Shown here: positions 61,294 through 64,000 of the stretch, in pieces | Layout of the letters: each line of letters begins with the position of its first letter | How positions within the stretch are numbered: position 1 is the first letter of the stretch | From: Sedimentisphaerales bacterium | GTDB lineage: Bacteria; Planctomycetota; Phycisphaerae; Sedimentisphaerales; SM23-30 | Direction of reading: 5' to 3' | NCBI GenBank assembly: GCA_963663965.2 | Contig: CAXXFK010000022.1 | Span: 37,622-101,621, forward strand | Length of the DNA: 64,000 nt | Notes under the pieces: generated by a model | Told to the model about the DNA's origin: nothing | What the model saw: the letters and a program-made list of their open reading frames with translations, nothing else | Databases searched by the model: none | Translations under genes and position numbers: made by a program

Positions 61294-63828
61294 ATGGATT
61301 GGATATCTGGTTGGTTTTATTTGAATAAAGCAAATATACATGAGTCAGAGTTCCCTTTGCGTGGGTGGAACACCCGGGAACGATCTGGTTTTGGAATCCT
61401 ATGGTTTATGCTGATATGGGTCAGTATGACGACGACTGGATTGCAGGCCCAGCGGATTGAAATTGATCTGACAGAAAACTGGCTTTTTGCCAAGGGGAAT
61501 CCAGCCGAGGCGGAAACGGAGACTTATGTTGATAGCGCCTGGCAGAAGGTGCGGTTGCCCCATGACTGGGCGATCGCCGGTCCTTTTGATCCGAATCGAA
61601 ATGGCGAGACGGCCAAGTTGCCCTGGTGGGGTGAAGGGTGGTATCGGCGGGAGTTGACTATACCAAAGAGCGAAGGTCCCAAACAGGTATACTTGCTGTT
61701 CGATGGGGCGATGGCGAAACCGGATGTCTATGTCAATGGCAAACTGGCCGGAAGCTGGGATTACGGTTATAACTCATTCTGGCTGGATATCACGCCATTG
61801 ATAAAGAAAGAGCGTAACGTGCTGGCAGTCCATCTGGATACCCGTCAACATGGCTCGCGCTGGTATCCCGGGGCCGGATTGTACCGTAAGGTGCATCTGA
61901 TCGTGAGTGATCCGGTGCATGTCCCCATATGGGGAGTCTGGATTACTACGCCAGCGATCAGCGAAACGCAAGCAACCGTTTCTGTTCAGGTTGATATTGC
62001 CAATTTTAATCTGAAGGATCAGGAGGCGGCTGTAGAAACGACCATTTTATCGCCTTCGGGGCGAAAGATAGACACCCGGGAACAGCCCATTGCCATCCCT
62101 GCCAATCAGAAGCAGACCGTAACCCTGGAACATAAGATCGATACCCCCAAACTGTGGGATATCACGGCGCCTAATCTTTATAAGGCAGTCACGGTTGTGC
62201 GTTATAATGGCAAGATTGCCGATGTTTGTGAAACGACTTTTGGCATACGACAATACCGGTTTACCGCGGACGATGGATTTTATTTGAATGGCCGCCGGGT
62301 CCAGATCAAGGGTGTGAATCTGCATCATGACCAGGGGCCGCTTGGGGCGCGGTTTTATGAACGGGCCATGGAACGGCAACTGGAGATTATGAAGGAGATG
62401 GGGTGTAACGCGATTCGCACCAGTCATAATATGCCCGCCCCTGAATTATTGGATTTGTGCGACCGGATGGGGATGCTGGTGCTGGATGAAGCCTTCGACA
62501 AATGGAACAGCACCGCCGACTGGGACAATAAACAATCCCTGGCGGAATTCGGGGAGCGCCAAATCCGCAATTTTGTGTTACGGGATCGGAACCATCCTTC
62601 GGTGGTCCTCTGGAGCGCCGGCAATGAGATGTCTGAAATCGAGACGGGGCGGGATCCTCAGGGCCGGGAAAAACTAAAAACGATGGTGGATTTATTTCGA
62701 AAATACGATCCCACCCGACAGGTTACCATTGCGTGTCATATTCCACAGAATTTAACTCAACGGCTTTTTGACCTGTACGACATTCACTCGTGGAATTATG
62801 GTCGAAAATATCATGCGGCTCATGAAGCCGACCCCAATAAGCCCGCCCTGTATACCGAATCGGCTTCGGCGTTGAGTACCCGGGGATTTTATGAGCTGCC
62901 GTTACCCACCCGGAAAGATTATTACACCAAATCCCTGCAAGTCAGTTCGTACGATCATAATTCGGCCCGCTGGTCGGATATCCCGGATGTGGAGTTTGAT
63001 CGCATGGCGCGGGACACTTATGTCTGCGGGGAGTTTGTCTGGACCGGGTTCGATTATCTGGGTGAACCCACGCCGTATAATTCATCTTTGATTGAGGCCG
63101 GCACCATTTCGAGTACCCGTCAATGCGCGCGCAGTTCCTATTTTGGAATCGTCGATTTGTGCGGTTTTCCGAAAGACCGCTATTACCTTTATCGCAGTTA
63201 CTGGGCGCCTGACCAGGCAACACTGCATATTTTGCCTCACTGGAACTGGACGGGCAATGAAGGATTGGAAGTCCCGGTTTATGTTTATACCAACGCGGAC
63301 TCTGCGGAACTGTTTATTAATGGCAAATCGCAGGGGAAGCGCACCAAAGCCGATCGAGATCAGACAGACGCTGTCATGGATTGTTATCGTTTACGCTGGA
63401 TGAATACGATTTATGAACCCGGCGAGTTGAAGGTAGTGGCCTATCGCGATGGACAGCCTGTAGGCGAGTCGGTACGAAGAACTGCGGGGTCCCCATCCGT
63501 TTTACAACTGGTCGCGGACCGCGTCATCCTAAAAACCAGTGGCGATGATCTGAGTTATGTTACAGTATCCGCGATCGATAAAGATAACAATCCGTGTCCC
63601 CTGGCAGATCCTCTGGTTCAGTTTCAACTGGAAGGCCCCGGCGTGATCGAGGCCGTGGGTAATGGAAATCCTCAATCGCTGGAATCATTTGTTTTGCCGG
63701 AACGCCGGTTGTTTAACGGCAAGGCCCTGGTTATAATCCGGGCCCTGGGCGGCAAGGGCGGGACGATCAAATTAACGGCCAGCAGTGAAGGGTTCGCCAA
63801 GGCGGAAGTCACACTGGAATCCAAATAA
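61294..63828 (+). CDS. Glycoside hydrolase family 2 (beta-galactosidase-like)
   Basis: LPHDWAI, SRWYPGAGLYR, GVNLHHDQG, RDRNHPSVVLWSAGNE, WTGFDYLGEPTP. Confidence 0.93.
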   Translation: MDWISGWFYLNKANIHESEFPLRGWNTRERSGFGILWFMLIWVSMTTTGLQAQRIEIDLTENWLFAKGNPAEAETETYVDSAWQKVRLPHDWAIAGPFDPNRNGETAKLPWWGEGWYRRELTIPKSEGPKQVYLLFDGAMAKPDVYVNGKLAGSWDYGYNSFWLDITPLIKKERNVLAVHLDTRQHGSRWYPGAGLYRKVHLIVSDPVHVPIWGVWITTPAISETQATVSVQVDIANFNLKDQEAAVETTILSPSGRKIDTREQPIAIPANQKQTVTLEHKIDTPKLWDITAPNLYKAVTVVRYNGKIADVCETTFGIRQYRFTADDGFYLNGRRVQIKGVNLHHDQGPLGARFYERAMERQLEIMKEMGCNAIRTSHNMPAPELLDLCDRMGMLVLDEAFDKWNSTADWDNKQSLAEFGERQIRNFVLRDRNHPSVVLWSAGNEMSEIETGRDPQGREKLKTMVDLFRKYDPTRQVTIACHIPQNLTQRLFDLYDIHSWNYGRKYHAAHEADPNKPALYTESASALSTRGFYELPLPTRKDYYTKSLQVSSYDHNSARWSDIPDVEFDRMARDTYVCGEFVWTGFDYLGEPTPYNSSLIEAGTISSTRQCARSSYFGIVDLCGFPKDRYYLYRSYWAPDQATLHILPHWNWTGNEGLEVPVYVYTNADSAELFINGKSQGKRTKADRDQTDAVMDCYRLRWMNTIYEPGELKVVAYRDGQPVGESVRRTAGSPSVLQLVADRVILKTSGDDLSYVTVSAIDKDNNPCPLADPLVQFQLEGPGVIEAVGNGNPQSLESFVLPERRLFNGKALVIIRALGGKGGTIKLTASSEGFAKAEVTLESK

Positions 63829-63855
63829 TCCTGTCAAAGCCGGGTTGGAAGCGGT

Positions 63856-63892
63856 AAAAAAAACCGCCCGCAACTGACGGGCGGGCGGTTTT
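63856..63892. terminator. Bidirectional terminator between convergent genes
   Basis: A8-CCGCCCGC...GCGGGCGG-T4. Confidence 0.75.
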
Positions 63893-63927
63893 GGGAATTC
63901 TGATGCCTCGGATGGATATCAAACCAC

Positions 63928-64000
63928 TTATTTGGGCTGATTCTTTTTCAGTTTTTCCTGATATCCTTCCAGCGTGGTTTGCAGTTCGGCCCTGGCGTCT
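63928..64000 (-). CDS. 3' end of a gene entering from beyond the window
   Basis: ...DARAELQTTLEGYQEKLKKNQPK-stop, next to the terminator. Confidence 0.5.
   Translation of the reverse strand, partial: DARAELQTTLEGYQEKLKKNQPK

Overview
Bacterial chromosomal segment, inferred to be Planctomycetota (Phycisphaerae/Sedimentisphaerales-like) from its many prepilin/H-X9-DG proteins, dockerin-like C-terminal tags and a dnaA unlinked to dnaN. Left to right: a 5'-truncated secreted protein; a DUF3592/SPFH operon; a minus-strand pilin-secretin-TPR-histidine kinase-response regulator-HD-GYP cluster; dnaA; metabolic genes (aroF, pheA, DEAD-box helicase, DegT aminotransferase and others); a ~9 kb polymorphic-toxin/immunity cassette region (RHS-AHH, HINT toxin, RAYT transposase, REP-like and short-period repeats); an ~11.8 kb integrative, phage-satellite-like element bounded by a 49-bp direct repeat of the tRNA-Thr(TGT) 3' end; tRNA-Thr and tRNA-Ile2; clpC; and a GH2 glycosidase. 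The most notable signal is the integrative element. Its att core lies inside the integrase reading frame, so excision would swap the integrase C-terminus. The integrase is preceded by a consensus promoter, a probable leaderless uORF and a terminator. The element also carries iterons, a palindrome duplicated inside the DUF3102 gene, a cos-like site, a TerS-like gene and secreted cargo. All family calls come from motif recognition by eye; no searches were run.
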